From an uncultured Alphaproteobacteria bacterium (GTDB lineage: Bacteria > Pseudomonadota > Alphaproteobacteria > HIMB59 > GCA-002718135): a stretch of DNA of 64,000 nt. Shown here in pieces: positions 16,920 to 25,656 of the stretch (position 1 is its first letter; the number at the start of each line of letters is the position of its first letter). The notes beneath the pieces were generated by a model. It searched no databases and had not been told where the DNA came from. It saw nothing but the letters and a program-made list of their open reading frames with translations. The stretch is from positions 3,652-67,651 of the forward strand of contig CACKTS010000002.1 of assembly GCA_902603095.1 (NCBI GenBank). The letters are read 5' to 3'. Made by a program: the position numbers and the translations under genes.

Positions 16920-17800
16920 TTTAAATTTGATAAGATTTTATTAAGATAATTAAATCCTATCTTTGCATATTCAAAAGGATTAGCTTTTATTGGGTCTTGT
17001 TCTGCTTCTATAATTAACCATTTATTATAATTGTTTTCATATAAAATTTTAAATAAAGGTTCATAATTAATACACCCATCTCCAGGGACAGTGAAAACTC
17101 CATCTAAAAAAGATTCTCTAAAGCTTAAATCATTTTTTAATGAATTTTCTAAAATGCTTCTTCTAATATCTTTACAGTGTACATGATTAATTTTTGCAAC
17201 ATAGTTTTTTAATACTCTTTCATAGTCCGCTTGAGCAAATAATAAGTGACCAGTGTCATAAAGTAAAAAAGTATTATCGTTTGTATTTTCCATGAATCTA
17301 TCAACATCATTTTCTGTTTGTATTATCGTACCCATGTGCTCGTGGTAGGACATTGGAATACCTTCATCATGTAGACGATTTGAGATTTCGTTAATTTTTT
17401 TACAGTACTCAAAAAAATCATTATTTTCCATAAAGGGACGCGATGATAATTTTCTTGATTGATCACCTTGAATTGATCCTGATACATCAGCAAAAACAAA
17501 TACTTCTGCTTTTACCATTTTCAGTAAGTTTAAATGATCTTGCATTTGTGCCCATTCTTCTTTTGCACTTCTGCCCCTTAAAAATGATCCATACCAACCT
17601 CCTGGCATTTTAAGATTATATTTCTTTAGTAAAAAATTAGTAATACCTGGATTTCTTGGAAATTTTCCACCAAGTTCAATTCCAGTGAAACCTGCTAAAG
17701 ATGCTTCTTCTAAACATTGTTCAATTGGAGTATCGCCTCCAAGTTCTGGCATATCATCATTACTCCAAGCGATAGGTGCAATTCCTAATTTAATTTTCAT
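16916..17800 (-). CDS. iolE: myo-inosose-2 dehydratase (IolE)-like sugar-phosphate isomerase/epimerase TIM-barrel protein
   Basis: 294 aa. N-terminus KLGIAPIAWSNDDMPELGGDTPIEQCLEEASLAGFTGIELG and C-terminus FTVPGDGCINYEPLF...WLIIEAEQDP..ANPFEYA closely follow the IolE pattern I recall from B. subtilis. Confidence 0.75.
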   Translation of the reverse strand: MKIKLGIAPIAWSNDDMPELGGDTPIEQCLEEASLAGFTGIELGGKFPRNPGITNFLLKKYNLKMPGGWYGSFLRGRSAKEEWAQMQDHLNLLKMVKAEVFVFADVSGSIQGDQSRKLSSRPFMENNDFFEYCKKINEISNRLHDEGIPMSYHEHMGTIIQTENDVDRFMENTNDNTFLLYDTGHLLFAQADYERVLKNYVAKINHVHCKDIRRSILENSLKNDLSFRESFLDGVFTVPGDGCINYEPLFKILYENNYNKWLIIEAEQDPIKANPFEYAKIGFNYLNKILSNLN

Positions 17801-17844
17801 TTTTTTTTATATTTCATGATATTATAAAAAAATAAAGAAATAAT

Positions 17845-18666
17845 ATGAATATTCTTATAGTTGACGGAAATGAGAGGCAAGCATCAGAAATGTATACTAA
17901 GATGGGCATGGATACCCAATATGAAGTATACAAAAAAGTATTAAAAAAATTTTGTCCAAATAACTATAATATTACTGTTCTTCATCCTGCTTTTAATCAG
18001 GACTATTTGCCTGAAGGTGTTAGTCTAGATGATTTTGATGGCGTTGCTTGGACAGGAAGTTTATTAAATATATATGACATGTCACCTTCTATAATTAACC
18101 AAATTGAACTTGCTAAAAATCTTTTTACAAAAACAAATAAAATATTTGGAAGTTGCTGGGGTTTACAAGTTTTAGTAACTGCTGCTGGTGGTAAAATTAG
18201 GAAAAATCCAAAGGGTTTAGAAGCGGTAGTAGCAAAAGAAATTACAATTAATGACGACGGTATTAATCATGCAATGTACAAAGGAAAAAATAAAGTATTT
18301 GATGCATTCTGCTGGCATTATGATGACACAGAAACTCTTCCATCAAATGCTAAATTATTAGCGTCTAATTCAAAGAGTGAAGTTCAGTCAATTAATTTTG
18401 ATATAAATAAGTCTAGTGTGTGGGCAGTTCAATATCATCCAGAATTTGATCCAATATGGATTGCCGGTTTAATGCAACAGCGTGAAGAAATACTTTTAAA
18501 AGAAAAAATTTTTTCTGAAAAAAGATATTTGAAAGAAGAGTTAGAATTTTTTTCAAATTTTAAAAATTCACAAAATAAAAAAAACGAAGACAAATATAAA
18601 GATTTAATAGATTTTAATAATCATACTTTGGAATTATCTAATTGGATAAAACAATTTAAGAATTAA
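17845..18666 (+). CDS. class I glutamine amidotransferase-like protein (stand-alone GATase1 domain with a C-terminal extension)
   Basis: 273 aa. Nucleophile elbow FGSCWGLQV and His/Glu segment VQYHPEF. An extra tail of about 70 aa has no recognisable family. Confidence 0.7.
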   Translation: MNILIVDGNERQASEMYTKMGMDTQYEVYKKVLKKFCPNNYNITVLHPAFNQDYLPEGVSLDDFDGVAWTGSLLNIYDMSPSIINQIELAKNLFTKTNKIFGSCWGLQVLVTAAGGKIRKNPKGLEAVVAKEITINDDGINHAMYKGKNKVFDAFCWHYDDTETLPSNAKLLASNSKSEVQSINFDINKSSVWAVQYHPEFDPIWIAGLMQQREEILLKEKIFSEKRYLKEELEFFSNFKNSQNKKNEDKYKDLIDFNNHTLELSNWIKQFKN

Positions 18667-20137
18667 GTTCTGTTAAATTTTTTATAGTTTTTTTCCAAGT
18701 AATTATTTCTTTTTGTATTATTTTTATTGAAATTTTTGGTTTCTTTTCTTTGTTTTTTTTCCAAAATTTTTTAACTTCGTTAATATTTTTAATTAAACCA
18801 GCATTAAGTGCTGCTAAATAAGCAACACCAAGTGATGTAGTTTCTATATTTTGTGGTTTTATTATTTTTACTTGAGTTATGTTAGATAAGCTTTGGAGAA
18901 AATTATCATTGCTTATCATTCCACCATCAACCTTTATTTCCGTAATCTTAGTTTTTGCATCTTTCTCCATTGATTCTACTAAATCTAATGTTTGAAAAGC
19001 AAGACTGTCTAATGTGGCTTTTATAATATCTGCTTGTGAAGTATTCCTAGTTAATCCAAAAATTGCACCTCTTGTATTTGGTTTCCAATGAGGAGCACCA
19101 AGTCCAGTTAATGCTGGTACTACTATAACTTTTTCATTTTTATTAGCTTTCGAGTAAATTTTATCAGTTTCTTTAGAGTCTTTAAAAAATAACATTTTAT
19201 CCCTAAGCCACTGAATTGCAGATCCTGCTACAAATATACTACCCTCATAACAAAACATTTTTTTTCCGTTAATTTTAAAAGCTACAGTTGTTAATAGTTT
19301 ATTATTAGAAAGTTTAAATTTTTCACCAATATTCATTAACATGAAGCATCCAGTTCCATAAGTGCTTTTTGATTGACCAGTTCTAAAACATGCTTGACCA
19401 ATAGTGGCGGCTTGTTGATCTCCAGCCATTCCACCTATTGTAATATTGCCACCAAATAATTTTGTTGTTCCAAAATGATATGAATTTTCTTTTACTTGAG
19501 GTAATAAACTTTTATTAATACCAAATAATTTTAATAGATCGTCTGACCATTTTTCTTTTTTCGGGTCATAAATCATAGTTCTTGATGCGTTTGTAATATC
19601 TGTAAAATGGGATCTTCCATTAGTTAATTTCCATAATAGCCATGTATCTATTGTCCCAAATAGAATGTTTTTTATTTGGCCTATATTTTTTTTTGGAATA
19701 TTATTAAGTATCCAGTTTATTTTAGTTGCTGAAAAGTAAGGGTCTAGCACTAGACCAGTTATTTTTTGTATCATCCTATCTTTTTTATTCGATTTAAGTT
19801 TGTCACAATAATTTGCCGTTCTTCTATCTTGCCATACAATAGCTTTATAGATTGGTTTTCCTGTTTTCTTATTCCACAATACTGTAGTTTCTCTTTGATT
19901 GGTAATACCAATAGAAATAATCTTCGATGGTTTGAGTTTATTTCTTTTTATAATTAAATTTATTAATTTTTTTACATCAAGCCAAATTTCTTCAGCATTA
20001 TGTTCTACCCAACCATCTTGAGGAAAATATTGTTTAAATTCTTTTTGAGCAATATCTTTTATTATAAATTTTTCGTCATATAACACAACTCTTGAACTCG
20101 TAGTTCCTTGATCAATAGAAAGAATAAATTTTTTCAT
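18656..20137 (-). CDS. glpK: glycerol kinase
   Basis: 493 aa. MKKFILSIDQGTTSSR..., ...GITNQRETTVLW..., ...VDGGMISN... (FGGY kinase family). Confidence 0.95.
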   Translation of the reverse strand: MKKFILSIDQGTTSSRVVLYDEKFIIKDIAQKEFKQYFPQDGWVEHNAEEIWLDVKKLINLIIKRNKLKPSKIISIGITNQRETTVLWNKKTGKPIYKAIVWQDRRTANYCDKLKSNKKDRMIQKITGLVLDPYFSATKINWILNNIPKKNIGQIKNILFGTIDTWLLWKLTNGRSHFTDITNASRTMIYDPKKEKWSDDLLKLFGINKSLLPQVKENSYHFGTTKLFGGNITIGGMAGDQQAATIGQACFRTGQSKSTYGTGCFMLMNIGEKFKLSNNKLLTTVAFKINGKKMFCYEGSIFVAGSAIQWLRDKMLFFKDSKETDKIYSKANKNEKVIVVPALTGLGAPHWKPNTRGAIFGLTRNTSQADIIKATLDSLAFQTLDLVESMEKDAKTKITEIKVDGGMISNDNFLQSLSNITQVKIIKPQNIETTSLGVAYLAALNAGLIKNINEVKKFWKKNKEKKPKISIKIIQKEIITWKKTIKNLTELNS

Positions 20138-20139
20138 TA

Positions 20140-22080
20140 TTATATATCAATTTGTTTAGTAAAATTTGCATTCTCTTGAATGAATTTAAATCTATATTCT
20201 GCCTTTTTTCCCATTAGAGATTCAAATAAATTTTCTGTTTCTTTCAATTCTTTTTTTCCTAAATTTATATTAACATTTAATAATTTTCTATTTTCTGGAT
20301 CCATTGTTGTTGATTTTAGTTGATTGGCAGGCATTTCTCCAAGTCCTTTATAACGACTTAAGGTGGGACTTATATTTTTTCCAAACTCTTTTTTTATAAT
20401 TTTATCTTTTTCTTCTTCATCGTATGCATAAAAATTTTTATCTTTATATTGTATTTTGAAAAGAGGAGGCATTGCCAAAAATAACCTATTATTATCAATT
20501 ATAGGTCTCATATATTTGTAAATGAAAGTTATTAGCAAGGTTGCAATATGTGATCCATCTACATCTGCATCAGTCATTAATATAATTTTTTCATATCGCA
20601 ATTTTGATAATTCAAAATTTTTGCCAATACCGCATCCAAGTGAATGAATAAGGTTTTGAATTTCATTATTATCTGCAATTTTCGATAAACTTACACTAAA
20701 AACATTTAATATTTTACCTCTTAAAGGAAGTATTGCTTGTAATTCTCTATTACGAGCTTGTTTTGCAGATCCTCCTGCACTGTCGCCCTCGACTATAAAT
20801 AATTCAGTGCCTTGAATATTTTTACTAGAGCAGTCAACTAATTTTCCAGGAAGTTTATTCCTTTCTTTAAATGATTTTCTCTCCAATTCTTTTATTTTAG
20901 TTAAATCTGTTCTTAAAAGTGATCTTTCGATTAGAGTTTCAATAAGAGTTTTAGAAATTTTTTTATTTGAATTCAACCACAATAAAAATTCATTTTGAAT
21001 TAATAATTCAAGTTGTTTTTGAAGTTTAGGCATAATAATTCTTTTCTTAGTTTGACCTTCAAAGCTTGGTTCGTTGATAAAAATTGAAATTACTATGTCT
21101 GAATAATCTAATAGATCATTAATATTTATATTTGATACTTTAGATACTTGGTTTTTTTTACCATATAATTTTAATGCTTTTAAGATTCCATTCTTAAAAC
21201 CACTTTCATGAGAACCTCCATCGGGCGTGCTTATTGTATTACAAAATGAAATTAATGAAGATTTTTCATTCTGATTAAAACTTACAAATATTTCACATTT
21301 TTCACTTTCATTAATATTTGTCTTTATTGAAAACTTTTTCTCAAATAATTTAGATATATTTTTATTTTTTATATCTAAAAAATCCCCAATTCCATTTTTA
21401 AAATGAAATTTTTCAAATTGTGGAGTATTGTCTTTTACTAGTTCTTTATCAATTTTAAATTCAATAGTTGTTTCTGATACTAGAACAGCTTTCATCATTA
21501 TAAAATCATATAATTTTTTTGGAGAAAATTGTATTGTTTCAAAAATAGTCTCATCTGGAATAAAACTTATTTCAGTACCTTTTTCATTTTTTTTACATTT
21601 TTCTATTTTAATTTTAGTTTTTGCTTTTCCTTTAGAATATAATTGTGAATACTTTTTACTATTTTTATATACAGTTACTTGTAAAGAAGAGCTAAGTGCA
21701 TTTACGACTGAAATCCCTACACCGTGCAACCCACCTGAAGTTTTATAAGAATTACTATCAAATTTTCCTCCAGCATGAAGAGTAGAAAGAACAATTTCTA
21801 ATGCTCTTTTATTTTTAAATTTTGGGTGAAAATCTATTGGAATACCTCTCCCATTATCTTTAATTTTTATGGAACTGTCCTTTTTGTAATGGAAAAATAC
21901 TTTAGATGCATGACCTGCTACTACTTCATCTATGCTGTTGTCCAATACTTCATTAACTAAGTGATGCAAACCTTGCTCATTAGTACTACCTATGTACATA
22001 CCTGGGCGCTTTCTTACTGGATCCAAACCCTCTAAAACTTCAATGTTTTTAGCTGTGTATGATGATTTTTTTTTAGACAT
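20140..22080 (-). CDS. parE: DNA topoisomerase IV subunit B
   Basis: GHKL ATPase (..EVLEGLDPVRKRPGMYIG.., HHLVNEVLDNSIDE) and TOPRIM (ELFIVEGDSAGGSAKQARNR, LMTDADVDGSHI). About 646 aa from ATG 22080 (the track starts at TTG 22095). The size fits ParE rather than GyrB. Confidence 0.85.
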   Translation of the reverse strand: MSKKKSSYTAKNIEVLEGLDPVRKRPGMYIGSTNEQGLHHLVNEVLDNSIDEVVAGHASKVFFHYKKDSSIKIKDNGRGIPIDFHPKFKNKRALEIVLSTLHAGGKFDSNSYKTSGGLHGVGISVVNALSSSLQVTVYKNSKKYSQLYSKGKAKTKIKIEKCKKNEKGTEISFIPDETIFETIQFSPKKLYDFIMMKAVLVSETTIEFKIDKELVKDNTPQFEKFHFKNGIGDFLDIKNKNISKLFEKKFSIKTNINESEKCEIFVSFNQNEKSSLISFCNTISTPDGGSHESGFKNGILKALKLYGKKNQVSKVSNININDLLDYSDIVISIFINEPSFEGQTKKRIIMPKLQKQLELLIQNEFLLWLNSNKKISKTLIETLIERSLLRTDLTKIKELERKSFKERNKLPGKLVDCSSKNIQGTELFIVEGDSAGGSAKQARNRELQAILPLRGKILNVFSVSLSKIADNNEIQNLIHSLGCGIGKNFELSKLRYEKIILMTDADVDGSHIATLLITFIYKYMRPIIDNNRLFLAMPPLFKIQYKDKNFYAYDEEEKDKIIKKEFGKNISPTLSRYKGLGEMPANQLKSTTMDPENRKLLNVNINLGKKELKETENLFESLMGKKAEYRFKFIQENANFTKQIDI

Positions 22081-22115
22081 GACTTTTTTTACCAAAAGTA
22101 TCAGAAGAATAACAT

Positions 22116-22146
22116 AAAAAAACCGCCTTTAAATAAGGCGGTTTTT
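22116..22146 (-). terminator. rho-independent terminator downstream of glnA
   Basis: GC-containing hairpin ccgcctt(22123-22129)/aaggcgg(22135-22141) with a 5-nt loop. It is flanked by A7 on the plus strand (a U-run on the minus strand) and by T5. It lies 21 nt past the glnA stop. Confidence 0.7.
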
Positions 22147-22166
22147 AAAAAATATTTTACAAGAAA

Positions 22167-23600
22167 TTAAACATCATAATAAAGATTAAATTCATGGGGA
22201 TGTGGTCTTAGATCCATTGGACTTACTTCATTTTCTCTTTTGTAAGCAATATAAGTTTCTATGTTATCTTTAGTAAATACATCACCTTTTAACAAATATT
22301 TATGATCTTTCTCTAATGCATCAAGAGATTCAGCAAGTGAACCAGGCGTAGAAGGGATTTTTGCAAGAACACTTTCAGGAGCTTCATAAATATTAATGTC
22401 TGTTGGTTTTCCTGGATTTATTTTATTTTTAACTCCATCTAGTCCTGCCATTAATATTGCTGAAAAAGCTAAATAAGGGTTTGATGAAGGGTCAGGACAT
22501 CTAAATTCAATTCTTTTAGCTTTTGGACTAGCAGTGTAATTATTTGGTATTCTCACTGAAGCAGTTCTGTTAGCAGCAGAATAAGCAATATTTACAGGTG
22601 CTTCAAATCCAGGTACCAATCGTTTATATGAATTTGTTGTAGGTGCGCAAAATGCCAATAAAGAAGGTGCATGTTTAAGTATCCCTCCAATATAATGTAA
22701 TGCAAAATCACTTAAATCTGCATAGTTACCTTTTTTATACATTAGTGTTTTATTTTTTTTCCAGATACTAGAATGAACATGCATGCCTGATCCATTATCT
22801 TCAAAAAGTGGTTTTGGCATAAATGTTGCAGTAAGACCATGAAGTTTAGCAACATTTTTAACAACATATTTATATCTCAATAAATCATCAGCCATTAACA
22901 AAAGTGGTGAGAATTCTAAATCAATCTCACATTGTCCACCTGTTGCAACTTCATGGTGAGAAGCTTCAACATTAATACCAATATCTTCCATTGTTAAAAC
23001 CATTTCAGTTCTTACATCTTGCAAACTATCAGATGGAGGTAATGGGAAGTAACCTCCTTTATGTCTTGGTTTATGACCTAAATTCGGGTTTTCATCTTTT
23101 CCTGTGTTCCATGCTCCTTCAGCAGAGTCTACTTCATGAAAAGCAAAATTAGAACCTGAATCATATTTAACATCATTAAATACAAAAAACTCAGCTTCAG
23201 GACCAAAATATGCTGTATCACCCATACCAGAAGATTTAAGATATTTTTCTGCTTTTTTTGCAATATATCTAGGATCTCTCGCATAACTTTCATAAGTAAT
23301 TGGATCAACAACATCACAAGTAAATGCAATTGTTTTTTCAGAGTAAAAAGGATCAATATATCCAGTAGTTACATCAGGAACCATTGCCATATCACTATTC
23401 TCTATTGATTGAAAACCTCTTACGGATGATCCGTCAAAACCAACACCATCTTTAAATAAATCTTCAGTTAAATACTTAACTGGAATAGAAATATGATGAG
23501 TCGATCCAGGCAAGTCTGTGAAACGAAGATCAACCATTTTAATTTCTTCATTTTTAATTTTTTTTAATAACTCTTTTGGAGTTTTACAGTTATATTTCAT
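22167..23600 (-). CDS. glnA: glutamine synthetase type I
   Basis: About 477 aa from ATG 23600 ([14 protein letters not shown]...), which has a GAGGT RBS 7 nt upstream. The track start at 23636 is an upstream extension. Motifs: ...GSGMHVHSS..., ...[13 protein letters not shown]..., adenylylation-loop NIYEAP. Confidence 0.95.
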   Translation of the reverse strand: MKYNCKTPKELLKKIKNEEIKMVDLRFTDLPGSTHHISIPVKYLTEDLFKDGVGFDGSSVRGFQSIENSDMAMVPDVTTGYIDPFYSEKTIAFTCDVVDPITYESYARDPRYIAKKAEKYLKSSGMGDTAYFGPEAEFFVFNDVKYDSGSNFAFHEVDSAEGAWNTGKDENPNLGHKPRHKGGYFPLPPSDSLQDVRTEMVLTMEDIGINVEASHHEVATGGQCEIDLEFSPLLLMADDLLRYKYVVKNVAKLHGLTATFMPKPLFEDNGSGMHVHSSIWKKNKTLMYKKGNYADLSDFALHYIGGILKHAPSLLAFCAPTTNSYKRLVPGFEAPVNIAYSAANRTASVRIPNNYTASPKAKRIEFRCPDPSSNPYLAFSAILMAGLDGVKNKINPGKPTDINIYEAPESVLAKIPSTPGSLAESLDALEKDHKYLLKGDVFTKDNIETYIAYKRENEVSPMDLRPHPHEFNLYYDV

Positions 23601-23689
23601 AATTACCTCATGTCTAACATTGACTAATCTCACCAATTGAAATTAGTTTATTACTTATTCATGCTCTAGTTATGAAATCTGCTTTTAAT

Positions 23690-23737
23690 GCGTTCCTTCA
23701 GCTGAAGCTTACTTCCGACCCAAAAGGGTTGAACGAT
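23690..23737 (-). promoter_or_regulatory. glutamine riboswitch aptamer (glnA RNA motif), glnA-proximal copy
   Basis: Minus-strand RNA AUCGUUCA-ACCC-UUUU-GGGU-CGGAAGUA-AGCU-UC-AGCU-GAAGGAACGC. P1 is CGUUC/GAACG. The conserved CGGAAGUA and GAAGGAACGC cores match the glnA RNA motif as I recall it. Confidence 0.75.
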
Positions 23738-23752
23738 TTATAACTTTTGCAT

Positions 23753-23808
23753 GCGTTCCTTCGGTCAAAGACCTACTTCCGATTTAAGAAAATCTTAAAT
23801 TGAACGAT
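23753..23808 (-). promoter_or_regulatory. glutamine riboswitch aptamer (glnA RNA motif), glnA-distal copy
   Basis: Minus-strand RNA AUCGUUCA-AUUUAAG-AUUUU-CUUAAAU-CGGAAGUA-GGUC-UUU-GACC-GAAGGAACGC. It has the same 26 core nucleotides as the proximal copy. Both hairpins differ in sequence but remain fully paired. Confidence 0.75.
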
Positions 23809-23849
23809 TAAAAGCCTTTTATTAATTTTAATAAAAAAGTAAAGTTAAT

Positions 23850-24191
23850 TTAGACAGCATCACTGTCTTTTTCACCAGTTCTTATTCTTATAACTTGATC
23901 TATATTGTAAATGAATATCTTACCATCGCCAATTTTTCCTGAATATGCAGCATTTTTTATTGCATCTGTTACTTTTTCAGCGTCCTCATCTTCGACTATT
24001 ACTTCTAATTTCATTTTAACAAGAAATTCATCATCATATTCTTGATTATTTTCAATGCCACCGCTAGATCCTCTTTGTCTTCCAAAACCCTTAACATCAG
24101 TAACTGTCATACCTGATATACCAACCTCATGTAAGGCTTCTTTTACAACAGATAACTTAAATGGTTTTATTATTGCTTCAATTTTTTTCAT
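23850..24191 (-). CDS. glnB: nitrogen regulatory protein P-II
   Basis: 113 aa. MKKIEAIIKPFKL..., GFGRQ..., B-loop SGKIGDGKIF, C-terminal IRIRTGE. The T-loop apex is divergent (RGSSGGIENNQEYDDEF) but a Tyr is retained at the position equivalent to Tyr51. Confidence 0.9.
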   Translation of the reverse strand: MKKIEAIIKPFKLSVVKEALHEVGISGMTVTDVKGFGRQRGSSGGIENNQEYDDEFLVKMKLEVIVEDEDAEKVTDAIKNAAYSGKIGDGKIFIYNIDQVIRIRTGEKDSDAV

Positions 24192-25345
24192 ATAAATGAA
24201 AGTCTATAAATTGCTTCTTCTAAATTTTCCATTGAATTCGCATAACTTAATCTTATAAAATTTTCAGCTGTTTCTCCAAAACTTTTACCTGGAACTAGAG
24301 CAACTCCTTTTTCTTCAAGCGCTATATCAGAAAACCTCTGTCCATTTAGTCCAGATTTTGAAACATTAGGAAAAGCATAAAATGCACCTCCTGGTTTAAA
24401 GCATGTCATGTTATTAAGCTTATTTAATTCAAAATAAATAAATTCTTTTCTTTTTTGAAATTCTTTTTTTATTTTTTCAACTTCATTTTTAGGACCTTTC
24501 AATGCTTCAATTCCAGCATATTGAGAAATTGAATTTGGACATGAATGATCATTTACACAAAGTTTATTGGCATGCTCATACAACTTTTTAGGCCAAACAC
24601 TCCAGCCAAGTCTCCAACCTGTCATGCAAAATGTTTTGCTCCAACCTTCTAAAACTATTAATCTTTCTTTTAATATTTCATAATTTAAAAGAGACGGCAT
24701 TTTTTCATCTTCAAATATAATTTTACTATATATTTCATCAGATAAGACAAATACCTCAGGATACTTTTCTAACATTTTAACAATTTTTTCTATTTTAAAT
24801 TGATTCATAAATGCACCTGTTGGGTTATTAGGATTATTAATAATAATTAAGCTAGTTTTATTTGTTATTAGTTGCTCTAACTTTTCAATATTAATTTCAA
24901 AATTATCCTCTTCAGAAAGTTTTAGAGGAATACCTCTAGCGCCACTAAAATTGATCATCGAACGATAAATTGGAAATCCTGGATCAGGATAAATTATTTC
25001 ATTCTCCTCACCTCCTAAAATAAGACATGAATAAAAAATGGTTGGCTTACCTCCTGGTGTGATTAAAATTTGATCAGGGCTAACATTAACTTTATAATCT
25101 TTATTAATTTTTTCAGATACCGCTTCTCGTAAAGGTAGGATCCCATTTGACGGTGTGTATCCATGATGCCCATCTTTAATGGCTTTTATTGCAGCTTCTT
25201 GTATATTTGATGGAGTTGGAAAATCTGGTTGTCCTATACCTAGATTGATAATATCCCTACCTTCTGAAATAAGTTTTGTTGCTTTAGCAAGTATCGCAAA
25301 AGCTGATTCTGTCTCTAAATTAATTATTTTTTTTGAAACTTTCAT
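24188..25345 (-). CDS. pyridoxal-phosphate-dependent aminotransferase class I/II (aspartate aminotransferase-like)
   Basis: 385 aa. ...INLGIGQPDFPTP..., ...NNPNNPTG..., PLP-lysine context WSKTFCMTGWRLGW. ATGA overlap with glnB. Confidence 0.85.
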   Translation of the reverse strand: MKVSKKIINLETESAFAILAKATKLISEGRDIINLGIGQPDFPTPSNIQEAAIKAIKDGHHGYTPSNGILPLREAVSEKINKDYKVNVSPDQILITPGGKPTIFYSCLILGGEENEIIYPDPGFPIYRSMINFSGARGIPLKLSEEDNFEINIEKLEQLITNKTSLIIINNPNNPTGAFMNQFKIEKIVKMLEKYPEVFVLSDEIYSKIIFEDEKMPSLLNYEILKERLIVLEGWSKTFCMTGWRLGWSVWPKKLYEHANKLCVNDHSCPNSISQYAGIEALKGPKNEVEKIKKEFQKRKEFIYFELNKLNNMTCFKPGGAFYAFPNVSKSGLNGQRFSDIALEEKGVALVPGKSFGETAENFIRLSYANSMENLEEAIYRLSFI

Positions 25346-25400
25346 AATTTTGGTATAGCCAATAAATTTTATTAATAAAACTTAATTTTATCAATAAAAT

Positions 25401-25478
25401 GGCGAACGTAGCTCAGTTGGTTAGAGCGCGGCCTTGTGGTGGCCGATGTCGTGGGTTCGAATCCCATCGTTCGCCCCA
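25401..25478 (+). tRNA. tRNA-His (anticodon GUG) with genomically encoded G-1, discriminator C73 and CCA
   Basis: G(-1)+GCGAACG acceptor pairing with CGUUCGC. D arm GCUC-AGUUGGUUA-GAGC. Anticodon arm CGGCC-UUGUGGU-GGCCG. T arm GUGGG-UUCGAAU-CCCAU. Ends C-CCA. Confidence 0.95.
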
Positions 25479-25553
25479 AATTTTAAAAAAACCATTTTTA
25501 TTTAAATTCACTATTGTTTTTTATTGTAATCATCATAAAAGCGGCTGAATAAT

Positions 25554-25638
25554 GGGCCGATGGTGGAATTGGTAGACACGCTAGATTTAGGTTCTAGTGC
25601 CGCGAGGTGTGAAGGTTCAAGTCCTTTTCGGCCTACCA
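25554..25638 (+). tRNA. tRNA-Leu (anticodon UAG), long variable arm, CCA encoded
   Basis: Acceptor GGGCCGA/UCGGCCU (G1:U72). Anticodon arm CUAGA-UUUAGGU-UCUAG. Variable arm GCCGCGAGGUGU. T arm GAAGG-UUCAAGU-CCUUU. Ends ACCA. Confidence 0.95.
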
Positions 25639-25656
25639 TTTTAATGAGGTAATTTG

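Noticed and set aside
14457-18666. Possibility that the GT8/permease/iolE/GATase block is a genomic island integrated at tRNA-Phe.
   Set aside because: There is no integrase or mobility gene. I could not see any direct repeat of the tRNA-Phe 3' end downstream, and no obvious compositional shift by eye. A proper k-mer or att-site search could still overturn this.
23601-23636. 12-codon N-terminal extension of glnA in the track ([12 protein letters not shown]).
   Set aside because: ATG 23600 has a GAGGT RBS at the correct spacing, and GS similarity starts there. The extension would eat into the riboswitch leader.
23601-23689. Search for a terminator or anti-SD expression platform downstream of the proximal glutamine aptamer. 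One 6-bp stem was found (ACUAAU/AUUAGU, about 23623-23647).
   Set aside because: The stem is weak, has a 13-nt loop and no U-tract, and does not pair with the GAGGU RBS. It is not reported as a feature, and the regulatory mechanism is left open.
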